A stretch of DNA of 64,000 nucleotides from an uncultured Gammaproteobacteria bacterium (GTDB lineage: Bacteria; Patescibacteriota; Patescibacteriia; XYB2-FULL-38-15), in contig OZ246416.1 of NCBI GenBank assembly GCA_965231095.1, forward strand, positions 50,938-114,937, given 5' to 3'. Below, piece by piece: positions 1 through 9,647 of this stretch. The translations under genes and the position numbers were made by a program. The notes below the pieces were generated by a model. That model was given only the letters and a program-made list of their open reading frames with translations. It ran no database searches and was not told the DNA's origin. Position 1 is the stretch's first letter. Each line of letters begins with the position of its first letter.

Positions 1-35
1 GCGCCGAGGAGCCTCGAATCTCACCCTCTCCGCCA
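1..35 (+). tRNA. 3' fragment of a tRNA (probably Ser), truncated by the window edge
   Basis: TCGAATCTCACCCTCTCCGCCA gives T-loop, 3' T-stem, acceptor 3' strand and CCA, nearly identical to the 3' end of the adjacent tRNA-Ser. The 5' T-stem side does not pair as expected. Confidence 0.6.
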
Positions 36-46
36 TGCCGAAAAGT

Positions 47-137
47 GGAGAGGTGGCCGAGCGGCTGAAGGCAGCGGTTTGCTAAACCGTTATACGGTCG
101 AAAGTCCGTATCGCGAGTTCGAATCTCGCCCTCTCCG
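47..137 (+). tRNA. tRNA-Ser(GCT)
   Basis: Acceptor GGAGAGG/CCTCTCC, anticodon arm GCGGT-TTGCTAA-ACCGT, long variable arm, GTTCGAATC T-loop; CCA not encoded. Confidence 0.95.
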
Positions 138-172
138 TTTTAATAAAACAATATTCATTAGCCCATAAAAAT

Positions 173-667
173 ATGTCTCCAGAAACAAAAGACATAGAAC
201 GCGGCGCGCTTTTGGCCGGGTGGAAAATTCCCGAATACACAAAACATGAGCGAGGCCGTTATTGGTACCTTTGGGCGGGAATAATTTTTGCGTTGCTTTT
301 GACGTACGCAATTTACACGCTGGATTTTCTTTTTGCGGTTATTTTAGTTTTAGCGGCGGTAATTATTTTTATTCGTTCGCGCGAGGAGCCGGCGGAAATT
401 GATTTTAATATTTTTGAAAGGGGAATTGGCGTGGGGGGAAAATTTCATACATGGAAAGAGATGGTTTGTTTTTACATAATTTATGAACCGCCGGAAGTTA
501 AAAATTTATATTTTGATTTAAAGGGTTTGAGGTCAAGATTATCTATTCCGCTCGGAAGTCAAAATCCAGTTAAAGTAAGGGAGGCATTGTTAAAATATCT
601 GACAGAAAATTTGAATGAGGAGAAGGAACCCCTATCCGAAGAGTATGAAAGATTTTTGAAAATTTAG
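173..667 (+). CDS. Hypothetical membrane protein (2 TM plus small soluble domain)
   Basis: 164-aa ORF with two hydrophobic helices, host-like codon usage, followed by a terminator. Confidence 0.75.
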   Translation: MSPETKDIERGALLAGWKIPEYTKHERGRYWYLWAGIIFALLLTYAIYTLDFLFAVILVLAAVIIFIRSREEPAEIDFNIFERGIGVGGKFHTWKEMVCFYIIYEPPEVKNLYFDLKGLRSRLSIPLGSQNPVKVREALLKYLTENLNEEKEPLSEEYERFLKI

Positions 668-691
668 TTTAAGATAATAAAAATATTTTTT

Positions 692-726
692 CCCGCGCCC
701 AGCCAGTAAAAAGCGTGGGTTTTTTA
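692..726 (+). terminator. Putative intrinsic terminator
   Basis: CCCGCGC...GCGTGGG followed by a T run. Confidence 0.55.
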
Positions 727-806
727 TTGGATTTAGATATTTTGACGAGGAGTAGACAAAAATTTGATTTTTTGGTTAAATAGTAGAATATTCAGTTTAT
801 TTCCTT

Positions 807-878
807 GCGCCCGTAGCTCAACGGATAGAGTACGAGCTTGCGGAGCTTGTGATCGAGGTTCGATTCCTCGCGGGCGCA
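807..878 (+). tRNA. tRNA-Arg(GCG)
   Basis: Acceptor GCGCCCG/CGGGCGC, anticodon arm CGAGC-TTGCGGA-GCTTG, T arm CGAGG-TTCGATT-CCTCG. Confidence 0.93.
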
Positions 879-907
879 GAGAATTAATCTGAATTAAAAA
901 TTTAAAA

Positions 908-2956
908 ATGGTTACCCGAGAAACACCGATAGAAAATCTTCTGCGGGTTGGAAAAGCAACGTCAAAAAAATTACAAAATTTAGGTCTCCGAACTGCCGAA
1001 GACCTTCTTTTTTATTTTCCCTTTAGATACGAAGATTGGAGTAAAATTTTGCCAATCGGCCAGATGACTTATGGATCAGTCGGAACTTGCCGCGGGCGAG
1101 TGGAATTGATTAAAAATACAAGAAGTTTTCATAGAAGAAAAAATATTACTGAAGCGTTAATTTCCGATAATTCCGGATCCATTAAGGCGGTATGGTTTAA
1201 TCAGCCGTTTTTGGTAAAAATTTTAAAAGTCGGCGATGAAATATTTTTATCGGGTAAGGTTGATTTTGACCGGTATGGCATACACCTTACATCTCCGTCT
1301 TATGAAAAAATCGGAGAGGAAGCGGAGACAACTCATACGGCGAGAATTGTTCCGGTTTACCGCACGACGGAGAATTTAACCAACAAACAAATAAGATTTT
1401 TAGTTAAGTTGGCCGCGCCATTGGCTCTGAAAATTTCCGAGTGGTTACCCCCGGGAATTAAAAAAGAGTTTGGTTTAATTGATTTAAATAAGGCCTTGGG
1501 GCAAATTCACTTTCCGGGGAATATTAATTTGCTTAAGGCGGCGCGCCATCGTTTGAAATTTGATGAATTATTTTTAGTTCAGCTGCGGAATTTATTGTTA
1601 AAAAATAATTTACAAAAAAGCGTCGCGCCCAAAATTATTTTCCGCGAAGAGGAAACAAAAAAATTTACCGCCGCGCTCCCTTTTAAATTAACCGACGGTC
1701 AGCGCCAGGCGGCTTGGGAAATTTTAAAGGATTTGGGGGCGGGCGTGCCAACAAATAGGCTCCTCGAGGGAGATGTCGGCTCGGGCAAAACAATTGTGGC
1801 GGCGATCGCGATTTTGAATATTTTTTTAAATGGCTACAAAACAATTTTAATGGCTCCGACAGAAATTTTGGCGCATCAACATTATGACACGTTTTGTAGG
1901 TTATTTCATAGCCTGGACGTGAAAGTTGGATTGGTCACGCGCAGCGAAAAAAAGATGAATGGAGAAAAAGATAAAAATGCGGAATTTGTTATTAGTAATT
2001 CAGATTTAGTTATCGGCACGCACGCCTTGATTCAAGATGGAATTATTTTTGATAAATTAGGGATGGCGATTGTTGACGAGCAACATCGTTTCGGCGTGAA
2101 ACAGCGGCAAGCCCTGAAAGGCAATAGGGAAAATCCGCATTTTCTTTCCATGACCGCGACGCCGATTCCGCGGACAATGTCTTTGGCTTTTTATGGCGAT
2201 TTAGACATTTCCGTCATAAAAGAATTACCAATCGGACGAAAGAAAATTTTGACTAAAGTTGTGCCGCCGGAAAAAAGAGACGCGGCTTATGAATTTGTAA
2301 AAAAGGAAATAAAGGACGGCCGGCAAGTTTTTGTGATTTGTCCGTTGATTGATCAATCAGACAAGCTCGGCGTTAAGTCGGCGAAAGAGGAATATAAAAA
2401 ATTAAGCCAAGAAATTTTTCCCGAATTAAAAATCGGACTTTTGCATGGAAAAATGAAATCGGAAGAAAAGGAAAAGGTGATGGGGGAGTTTTTGGAAAAT
2501 AAAATAAATATTTTAGTTTCTACTTCTGTTGTAGAAGTCGGCGTTGACGTGCCCAACGCGACAGTCATGATAATTGAGGGTGCGGAGCGGTTTGGTTTGG
2601 CGCAGCTGCATCAGTTCCGGGGGAGAGTGGGGCGCTCTGATTTCCAATCGTATTGTTTTTTGTTTTCCGATAGCGACAGCGAGGAAGCGGCGAAAAGGTT
2701 GTTTGTGCTGACAACTTGTAACGACGGATTTGCATTGGCGGAAAAAGATTTGGAATTCCGCGGGCCGGGGGAAATTTGGGGAGTGCGGCAGTCGGGAATG
2801 CCAGACTTACAAATCGCGACCCTTGCGGATTATGCGATTATTAAAGAAGCAAAAACAGCAGCGGAAAATTTAATAAGAAAAGACCCGGAACTTTTATCGT
2901 GGCCGGATCTCAAGGAGAGGTTGGGTGATCTTGAGAAAAAAGTACACCTGGAATAG
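908..2956 (+). CDS. recG: ATP-dependent DNA helicase RecG
   Basis: Wedge domain (FPFRYED, WFNQPF), GDVGSGKT, DEQHRFGV, SMTATPIPRT, QLHQFRGRVGR. Confidence 0.97.
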   Translation: MVTRETPIENLLRVGKATSKKLQNLGLRTAEDLLFYFPFRYEDWSKILPIGQMTYGSVGTCRGRVELIKNTRSFHRRKNITEALISDNSGSIKAVWFNQPFLVKILKVGDEIFLSGKVDFDRYGIHLTSPSYEKIGEEAETTHTARIVPVYRTTENLTNKQIRFLVKLAAPLALKISEWLPPGIKKEFGLIDLNKALGQIHFPGNINLLKAARHRLKFDELFLVQLRNLLLKNNLQKSVAPKIIFREEETKKFTAALPFKLTDGQRQAAWEILKDLGAGVPTNRLLEGDVGSGKTIVAAIAILNIFLNGYKTILMAPTEILAHQHYDTFCRLFHSLDVKVGLVTRSEKKMNGEKDKNAEFVISNSDLVIGTHALIQDGIIFDKLGMAIVDEQHRFGVKQRQALKGNRENPHFLSMTATPIPRTMSLAFYGDLDISVIKELPIGRKKILTKVVPPEKRDAAYEFVKKEIKDGRQVFVICPLIDQSDKLGVKSAKEEYKKLSQEIFPELKIGLLHGKMKSEEKEKVMGEFLENKINILVSTSVVEVGVDVPNATVMIIEGAERFGLAQLHQFRGRVGRSDFQSYCFLFSDSDSEEAAKRLFVLTTCNDGFALAEKDLEFRGPGEIWGVRQSGMPDLQIATLADYAIIKEAKTAAENLIRKDPELLSWPDLKERLGDLEKKVHLE

Positions 2957-2968
2957 TGGGTCAGAACT

Positions 2969-3565
2969 TTATTTTTTTGATATGAATTTATTTCCCTTAA
3001 TATAAAACCTCCAGGGTTTATTTTTGTATCGGCCGGCGTAATCCACCCCGACTCTTTTCGCGGCAACAATTTCCGACGATTTTATTTTTACGCCGCGATC
3101 TTCAACCCATAAAATATCAGAGGTGAGGTCGGTGGTATTTAAAGATTTATCTATTTTTAACGCCTGACAAAGTTTGCCCGGGCCGTTTGTGAGACTTCGT
3201 TCATCTTTCGGCGCGTGGCGTTCGTGGCGCATTAAGTCAGCTCCCTCGGCTGGTTCTAACGCGCGGATTAAAATTGCCGCCGGATAATTTTCTTTTTCCG
3301 TGACAATATTAAAACAATAATTCAGGCCGTAAATTAAATAAATATAAGCGTGGCCTGGAGGGCCAAACATCGGCGCGGTGCGGGCGGTTTTTCCGCGGGA
3401 GGCATGGCTAGCCTTGTCGCTCGGTCCGACATAGGCTTCAGTTTCTACAATTTTTCCAGCAAGAATTTTTTTACCAATTTTTTTGACTAAAAATTTACCC
3501 AGGATCTCCTGGGCAACTTTCAATGTTTCTCTATTATAAAATTTTTTTTTAATTTTCTTCTTCAT
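2969..3565 (-). CDS. mpg: DNA-3-methyladenine glycosylase (MPG/AAG family)
   Basis: IVETEAY, MFGPPGHAYIYLIYG, LTNGPGKLCQAL, RVGV...PWRF; start placed at ATG 3565. Confidence 0.93.
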   Translation of the reverse strand: MKKKIKKKFYNRETLKVAQEILGKFLVKKIGKKILAGKIVETEAYVGPSDKASHASRGKTARTAPMFGPPGHAYIYLIYGLNYCFNIVTEKENYPAAILIRALEPAEGADLMRHERHAPKDERSLTNGPGKLCQALKIDKSLNTTDLTSDILWVEDRGVKIKSSEIVAAKRVGVDYAGRYKNKPWRFYIKGNKFISKK

Positions 3566-4937
3566 TTTTTTCTTCGGTATGGCGTATGTCAAGTTGGAGA
3601 TATTTTATCGCTTCGGCGATATTTTTTATTTTTGTAATTTTTATATTTCCCTTAACTTGTTGTTTAAAGTTTGGCGCCAAAATTTCTTTGAATCCCATTT
3701 TTTCCGCCTCATTAATTCTTTTTTCAATTTGTCCCGCCGCGCGCACTTCGCCGCCCAAGCCGACTTCGCCAAAAGCGAGCATGGTCCGCGGCAGAGGTTT
3801 ATTTTTAAAAGCGGAGGCTACAGCCAAAACGACGGCAAGGTCGCAGGCCGGTTCTTGAATTTTATAACCGCCGGCGACGTTTAAATGGACATCGTGCGTT
3901 CCCAAATTTATTCCCGCCCTTTTTCCCAAAACCGCGAGAAGGAGCTGCAAGCGATTTAAATCAAAACCGCCGGAACGCCGTTGGGGATAGCCAAAATAAG
4001 TTCGGGAAACAAGCGATTGAATTTCAACGAGTAGCGGCCGGGAACCTTCAATCACGCAAGTCGTAGCCGAGCCGGCGATATCGCTATCGCGTTCTTCAAG
4101 AAAAATCGCCGAAGGATTTTTAACTTCTTCTAGGCCACTTGATTTCATTTCAAAAATTCCCACTTCATCGGTTCCGCCAAATCTATTTTTAACGGTGCGC
4201 AGCAGCCGGTAGGCGTGGAAGCGATCGCCTTCAAGATATAAAACCGTGTCCACTAAATGTTCCAGAGTTTTTGGTCCGGCGACTTGGCCTTCTTTTGTGA
4301 CATGGCCGATTATGAAAATCGGAATATTGTTTTTTTTGGCGACTTCCAAGAGTTTTACGGTGCAGGCGCGGACTTGGTTTACGCTGCCGGCTTCGGAGGG
4401 GAGTTCGGGCGTGGCCATGGTTTGGATTGAATCAATAATCGCCATGGCCGGTTTTAATTTTTCTATTGTCGAACAAATTATATTAATATTTGTTTCGCCC
4501 AAAAATTGAAGGGCGGTGGTTTTAAGCCCCAAGCGGTCCAGCCGCATTTTTATCTGTTCGGCGGATTCTTCTCCGGAAACGTAAAGAGTATTTCCGTTTT
4601 TTCCCGACGCGGCCATTTGCGCCACAAGAGTTGATTTTCCAATTCCCGGTTCGCCGCCCAAAAGTACAAGCGAGCCCGGAACAATTCCGCCGCCTAAAAC
4701 CTGATCAAGCTCATTAATGCCGGTTTTTATCCGCGCGAAATCTTTTCCTGTGACCTCATTAAAATTTACGACTTTACCCATGGGCATTTTTCCCGATTCT
4801 TGCATTTTTTGACTTTCAGATTTCATTACTTCCGAAAGTGTTCCCCACGCGCCGCATTCCAAGCACCGCCCCGCCCACTTGGTGGATTGAGCCCCGCACT
4901 TGGAACATTCATAAATTGTTTGTGGTGAATTGGGCAT
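3549..4937 (-). CDS. radA: DNA repair protein RadA/Sms
   Basis: C4 zinc finger CSKC..CLEC, GGEPGIGKSTL, KNRFG, Lon-like C-terminus. Confidence 0.97.
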   Translation of the reverse strand: MPNSPQTIYECSKCGAQSTKWAGRCLECGAWGTLSEVMKSESQKMQESGKMPMGKVVNFNEVTGKDFARIKTGINELDQVLGGGIVPGSLVLLGGEPGIGKSTLVAQMAASGKNGNTLYVSGEESAEQIKMRLDRLGLKTTALQFLGETNINIICSTIEKLKPAMAIIDSIQTMATPELPSEAGSVNQVRACTVKLLEVAKKNNIPIFIIGHVTKEGQVAGPKTLEHLVDTVLYLEGDRFHAYRLLRTVKNRFGGTDEVGIFEMKSSGLEEVKNPSAIFLEERDSDIAGSATTCVIEGSRPLLVEIQSLVSRTYFGYPQRRSGGFDLNRLQLLLAVLGKRAGINLGTHDVHLNVAGGYKIQEPACDLAVVLAVASAFKNKPLPRTMLAFGEVGLGGEVRAAGQIEKRINEAEKMGFKEILAPNFKQQVKGNIKITKIKNIAEAIKYLQLDIRHTEEKNEEEN

Positions 4938-4942
4938 ATTTT

Positions 4943-6673
4943 TTACGGTTCTGGTTTATAGGTTGATGTGAGTGGGAAGGGGAGACCACAGGTGCTTTTT
5001 AGGCAAACAGTCCCTCTTTTGACAACTTTTCCCGGAGAACCCTGAACTACACTGGCTACTCCTGCTCGTGAGGTCCAGCCCATAAAAATCACGGCATGGC
5101 CACCTCGCGTAGACGAGTTGGCATTAAAAATCACAATGGAATCACCGGCCTGCAATTCGTCTGCCCAAGAATCCGGATAACCATCACCGATTCCGCTCCT
5201 TAATTTTTCATAAACCTTTCTTATTTGTTCTGCGGATTTGCAATCGGGTATACTTCCGTCGCAATTCATTGTATCTAAATATGCCCAAAGATCACTGTAT
5301 GAATAGACGGAGTGTCTCACTATGCCGCGGGTTGAGACTCCTAAACCATTTTTTAATGCCTCCTCAACGTTTCGTCCTCTTTGGCCAGCCGTAGCTTGCG
5401 GAACTCCGGCTAAGTAGTTAATTCTCAAATTTGATTCTCCGCAACTTCCCAGGATAACACAACAATTGGCAGCCGCATTTGCGACAGCTGTAACTTTAGC
5501 CCTTGTGCTTCCGCTACTAGGAATTAGTTTTTTCATAAATTCTAACGCACGAGTATTCCCCGGGCCAGTCCCAGTGTCCGCTTGTGCTTCTGCCGAAAAA
5601 GTCACAAAGCATCTTGACAAGCTCTCATCACATTTTTCAGAGGTCGCAATCGGTCTACTCCCTTCTGGAACCGAAGTATCCGATGCCGCGGCTTCACTGG
5701 CCGCAGCAGTATCAACGTTATTCCACGTTGCCTCCTCAATATACTTTACTTTTAATGAATCAAACTCCGTCAATTTGGGATTTATGGCAAAAAGAAGCAA
5801 ATATGAAGTTAAAGCAATAACCAAACCCACGAGTGACGATTCAATAAAACTTTTTGCCGTGGAAACTTTTCCTGCGTCTCCGCCGGCTGTGAGCCAGAGA
5901 AGTCCACCAATGACAATCATAATTCCCGCCAAGATTCCGACGACGCCGATGGCATATTTATAAATTGCCGCAATGTATTGCCCAAGCCAGGGGATTAAGA
6001 GATAACGGTTTGGTGCGTCGCCCTGGAGTGTCAAATCGGCAAATTGAGAAAGACTTGGGAGAGTGGGTAGAGGAATTTCAAGGGTAGGGGTGACAGATTC
6101 AAATTGATGCGGCGCCGGAGGTTCGGCAACGGGGCTCAGTTTTTCGCAAGTCGTTTTTGTTTCATCGCAGAGAAGAGATGATAATGAGGCACCTAAACAT
6201 TGCGCTTTGGCAAGACCGCAAAGATAATTGCAGGCGTCCTCGGTGGCAGTCAGAACTTCGAATCCTCCTACGATAACTTCCGACCCATCACTTTTTCTCG
6301 GAGTAAATTTACATTTTATCGTTAAAGTCGGAGTAGTTGTCTCGCCGCAAGTTGTGTAAGTCGCGTCGCAGTTTTCCGGATCGTGGGGGATGGCGTCAAG
6401 AATGCCGCCGCCTGAAGCGCATTGGGCCATCAGTCCGCCAGAAAATTCTCGGCTGCATTTTAGCAAACATTCTGCTTTTTCCAGTTCTCTGCTCCAAGGC
6501 CGGTGATCGGCGTCAGAGCCGGTATATATGATATTCCGGCTGCTATCGCGCGGGACGTATTCGCACTGAATTTTTTCCGCCAAAACCGGGCCGCCCATAA
6601 ATAAAAATAACACCGGTGATAAAAAAAATACTGACATCGCGGCGAAAAAATTTCGGCGGTTTGTTTTTTTCAT
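4943..6673 (-). CDS. CPR-type pilin-domain protein with Cys-rich repeats and a possible papain-like/NlpC-P60 C-terminal domain
   Basis: Signal peptide; YIAAIYKYAIGVVGILAGIMIVIGG..TAGG...AK..I...LVGL.I...SYL.L..INP pilin motif; C-terminal LQAGD.IVIF...GHAVIFMG. Confidence 0.75.
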   Translation of the reverse strand: MKKTNRRNFFAAMSVFFLSPVLFLFMGGPVLAEKIQCEYVPRDSSRNIIYTGSDADHRPWSRELEKAECLLKCSREFSGGLMAQCASGGGILDAIPHDPENCDATYTTCGETTTPTLTIKCKFTPRKSDGSEVIVGGFEVLTATEDACNYLCGLAKAQCLGASLSSLLCDETKTTCEKLSPVAEPPAPHQFESVTPTLEIPLPTLPSLSQFADLTLQGDAPNRYLLIPWLGQYIAAIYKYAIGVVGILAGIMIVIGGLLWLTAGGDAGKVSTAKSFIESSLVGLVIALTSYLLLFAINPKLTEFDSLKVKYIEEATWNNVDTAAASEAAASDTSVPEGSRPIATSEKCDESLSRCFVTFSAEAQADTGTGPGNTRALEFMKKLIPSSGSTRAKVTAVANAAANCCVILGSCGESNLRINYLAGVPQATAGQRGRNVEEALKNGLGVSTRGIVRHSVYSYSDLWAYLDTMNCDGSIPDCKSAEQIRKVYEKLRSGIGDGYPDSWADELQAGDSIVIFNANSSTRGGHAVIFMGWTSRAGVASVVQGSPGKVVKRGTVCLKSTCGLPFPLTSTYKPEP

Positions 6674-6691
6674 AATATTTTAAAAATTTAT

Positions 6692-7939
6692 TTACTGCAA
6701 TCGCACTCGCTCTATCCGGCCCGTCTGGCTATTGGTAAAAGTTAAATATTGGCCGTCGGAAGTGATCGCGACATTTTCCGCGCTAAAAGATCCGTAAGGA
6801 ACGGCGACAAGACTTCTAAGTCCGGTTGTTAAATCAATTCTGTAAAATGAATCCGGGGTGGATCTGAAAAGTTCAGGTTGGAATCCGGCGCCGGTTTCCA
6901 TGGATTGAGGCACGGCGCAGTAAACGGTGTCATCGTCGGCAAAAGTGCATTTGTCGGCCCAAGTATTTACCGAGAGGCTTCTTCTTCCGGTTCCAATACT
7001 GTCTCCTTGCGCGCCCACAATCCAAAGGGTGGGTTTATATTCGGAAGCAGAGTTATAAACAGAATAAAGCAAGCGATCGCCGGTTTCCGACCATTCGGAT
7101 TGGAATCCTTGCCCTTCAACAGTTAACCCCGGAAAATTTTCATGATTTTTCCCGACGAAAAGAATTTGTTGGCGTTCAAAACCCATGGCCTGGCCGGTGC
7201 GCGAGGTGGCAATCACTTGATTGTTTGGCGACCAATTTACATCTACTTTATCCGCGTTATCGCCAAGGGGTTCAATGGCTTTTACTCCCGTGCCGTCGGG
7301 ATTGGAAGTAAAAAGCCAACGGTTATTTGGATCAATGCCAATGCTTTTACCGGCGATTTGGGCGCCGTCAGGAGAAAAACTAAAACCCTCCCAGTGTTTT
7401 GGCAGAGTGAATTGCTTGTCTGACGCGAAATCGTAGAGAACATTCGCCCCGTCGGGAAATTCCAAAATTGCCTTGTCGGTCGTGGGCGCCCAATTTACTT
7501 TTTCCACATTTTGAAAAGTTTTGTCGGAGAGTTTTAAAATATTTCCGTTTTCATCAACGCGATAGAATTTTCCATCGGTTGTGTCATAATAGGCAACATC
7601 TTTTCCGCTTGATGACATTAAAGCGTTAGCTACGGGTTTATCAACAAGCGTCCCCACCCAAGTTACGCCGCCCTTGGCAACAGTTGAAATTTCTTTAGGC
7701 AATTGTGGTGGAGGAGTAAGCGATGGCGCGAGAATTTGTGTCGGGGTCGCGGAAACTTCAACCGGCGTGGGCGGGCCCTCTAACGCTCGGCCAAGGCCGC
7801 CCGGCGTTACGGCTTCATTTGTGATTGGGGCGTTTACAATCGGAGCGGTGGGCCGGAAAAAAACATAATACATTAAATATCCGATGCCAAGCGTGACACC
7901 GATAAAAGCTGCAACAATTAATATTTTTTTCCAATCCAT
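6692..7939 (-). CDS. Membrane-anchored beta-propeller (TolB/WD40-like) protein
   Basis: N-terminal TM, Pro/Thr linker, repeated WAP/FSPDG/WSPNN/WSETG blades. Confidence 0.75.
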   Translation of the reverse strand: MDWKKILIVAAFIGVTLGIGYLMYYVFFRPTAPIVNAPITNEAVTPGGLGRALEGPPTPVEVSATPTQILAPSLTPPPQLPKEISTVAKGGVTWVGTLVDKPVANALMSSSGKDVAYYDTTDGKFYRVDENGNILKLSDKTFQNVEKVNWAPTTDKAILEFPDGANVLYDFASDKQFTLPKHWEGFSFSPDGAQIAGKSIGIDPNNRWLFTSNPDGTGVKAIEPLGDNADKVDVNWSPNNQVIATSRTGQAMGFERQQILFVGKNHENFPGLTVEGQGFQSEWSETGDRLLYSVYNSASEYKPTLWIVGAQGDSIGTGRRSLSVNTWADKCTFADDDTVYCAVPQSMETGAGFQPELFRSTPDSFYRIDLTTGLRSLVAVPYGSFSAENVAITSDGQYLTFTNSQTGRIERVRLQ

Positions 7940-7981
7940 ATTTTTAGTTATTAGTTAATAGTTATCAGTTAGCAGTTTTTA

Positions 7982-8878
7982 TTACGTCATACTGCGAAGA
8001 GATTTGATCCTTTCTTCCGCCGGGGGATGAGTCGAAAATAATTTATGAAAAAATTTTCCGGTTTTTGCGCCGAAAGGATTTGAAATATAAAGATGAGCCG
8101 TGGCGTCGTTGGCGCGTTTCATTGGTTCCCTATAAGCGGTAATTTTTTCGAGCGCTCGCGCCAATCCTTCGGGGTAGCGAGTTAAAAGCGCTCCGTCGGC
8201 GTCAGCTAAAAATTCTCGTTTTCGGGAAACCGCGAGTTGGATAAGTTTACCGATAAGCGGCGAGATTATTGCCAAAACAATGCCGGCTATAAGTAAAATC
8301 GCGCCAAGCTGTCCGCCGCCGTCGCGGTCATCGCGCCTTCCTCCAAAAAAACGAAAGCGTAAGAGCCAATCGGAAAGAAGCGCCACAACGCCGACTAAAA
8401 CAATCACCACCATCATTAACCGGATGTCATAATTTTTAATATGAGAAAGTTCGTGGGCAATAACTCCTTCCAGTTCCTCATTTTCCAGCCGTTCAATCAA
8501 GCCGGTAGTTATGGCGATTGAAGCGTGCTTCGGATCGCGGCCGGTGGCAAAGGCATTGGGCGCCGGATCAGTAATGATATAAACTTTAGGCGTGGGAAGG
8601 CCAGAGGTGATGCAGAGATTTTCCACCATTCGGTAGACGTAAGGATTATCATTTTTTTGGATCGGCCCTTTCGCGCCGGCAGTCCAAAGGGCGATTTTAT
8701 CTCCGCTATAAAAACTAAAGAGCGCCATCACAAGAGAAATAATAATGGCGAAAAAAAGCGAGCCGTATCCAAAATCCGAGATTTGGCTGAAAATCCAGCC
8801 GACAAAAATTACGAAAATAACAAAAATCGCGATTAACAAAAATGATTTTCGCTTATTAGAAGTGATTTGTTTATACAT
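7982..8878 (-). CDS. htpX: M48 zinc metalloprotease HtpX
   Basis: PNAFATG, AHELSH, SRKREFLAD, FSTHPP; start at ATG 8878. Confidence 0.95.
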   Translation of the reverse strand: MYKQITSNKRKSFLLIAIFVIFVIFVGWIFSQISDFGYGSLFFAIIISLVMALFSFYSGDKIALWTAGAKGPIQKNDNPYVYRMVENLCITSGLPTPKVYIITDPAPNAFATGRDPKHASIAITTGLIERLENEELEGVIAHELSHIKNYDIRLMMVVIVLVGVVALLSDWLLRFRFFGGRRDDRDGGGQLGAILLIAGIVLAIISPLIGKLIQLAVSRKREFLADADGALLTRYPEGLARALEKITAYREPMKRANDATAHLYISNPFGAKTGKFFHKLFSTHPPAEERIKSLRSMT

Positions 8879-8941
8879 AAACAGGTTTGAGACTTGAGAA
8901 TTGAGAAATTTTAATCTCAATTCTCATTTTCCAAATCCGTT

Positions 8942-9505
8942 TTAGAATTTCACGGCCGGGGCTTCTCTTTGTGCCGCTTCTTCTATTTCAAAAAATTCTT
9001 TTGACTTGAAGCCAAACATTCCGGCAATAGTGTTCGTCGGGAATTGTTCCGTTTTAGTGTTGAAGTCGCGGACGTTGCCGTTATAAAAGCGGCGGGCGGC
9101 TTGAACTTTATTTTCTGTGTCGGATAATTCATCTTGCAACTGCAAAAAATTTTGCGAAGCCTTGAGGTCGGGATAATTTTCCGCTACGGCAAAAAGGGAT
9201 TTTAGGGTTCCGGCGAGCATATTTTCCGTTTTGGCAATTTCGGCCGGATTTCCGCCTTTTTCCGCGTTAATAGCCGCGGCGCGGGCCAAAGTTACTTTTT
9301 CAAAAACTTCCTTTTCGTGGCCGGCGTAGCCTTTGACTGTTTCCACAAGATTTGGGATCAAGTCGTAGCGGCGTTTTAGTTGGACATCAATGTCAGACCA
9401 GGCTTCGTCCGTGCGGTTTCGGAGAGTAATTAATCCGTTGTAGGTGGCGATGAGCCAGATTACAATCAGGCCGACGGCACCTAAGAGTACCCAGAGAATA
9501 ATCAT
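8942..9505 (-). CDS. lemA: LemA family protein
   Basis: [31 protein letters not shown]; lemA-htpX pairing. Confidence 0.96.
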   Translation of the reverse strand: MIILWVLLGAVGLIVIWLIATYNGLITLRNRTDEAWSDIDVQLKRRYDLIPNLVETVKGYAGHEKEVFEKVTLARAAAINAEKGGNPAEIAKTENMLAGTLKSLFAVAENYPDLKASQNFLQLQDELSDTENKVQAARRFYNGNVRDFNTKTEQFPTNTIAGMFGFKSKEFFEIEEAAQREAPAVKF

Positions 9506-9512
9506 AAATTTA

Positions 9513-9586
9513 GACAGACGACTGACGACAAACGACTGACGACGCGGAGGTTGTTAGTTGTAAGTCGTTAGTTGTAAGTTGTAAGA
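9513..9586. repeat. Inverted pair of degenerate heptamer arrays
   Basis: (C/A)(T/A)GACGA-type units followed by GT(T/C)GT(T/A)A units. Confidence 0.75.
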
Positions 9587-9647
9587 ATTCTTTTATTATT
9601 ATATAATGAAAAAATACAAAAGTCAAAGTTATCTTTGAAGTTGTTTT

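Noticed and set aside
4790-4825. Possible repeat-derived insert in the radA linker (KSESQKMQES)
   Set aside because: The periodicity is too degenerate to call by eye, and the linker is naturally variable.
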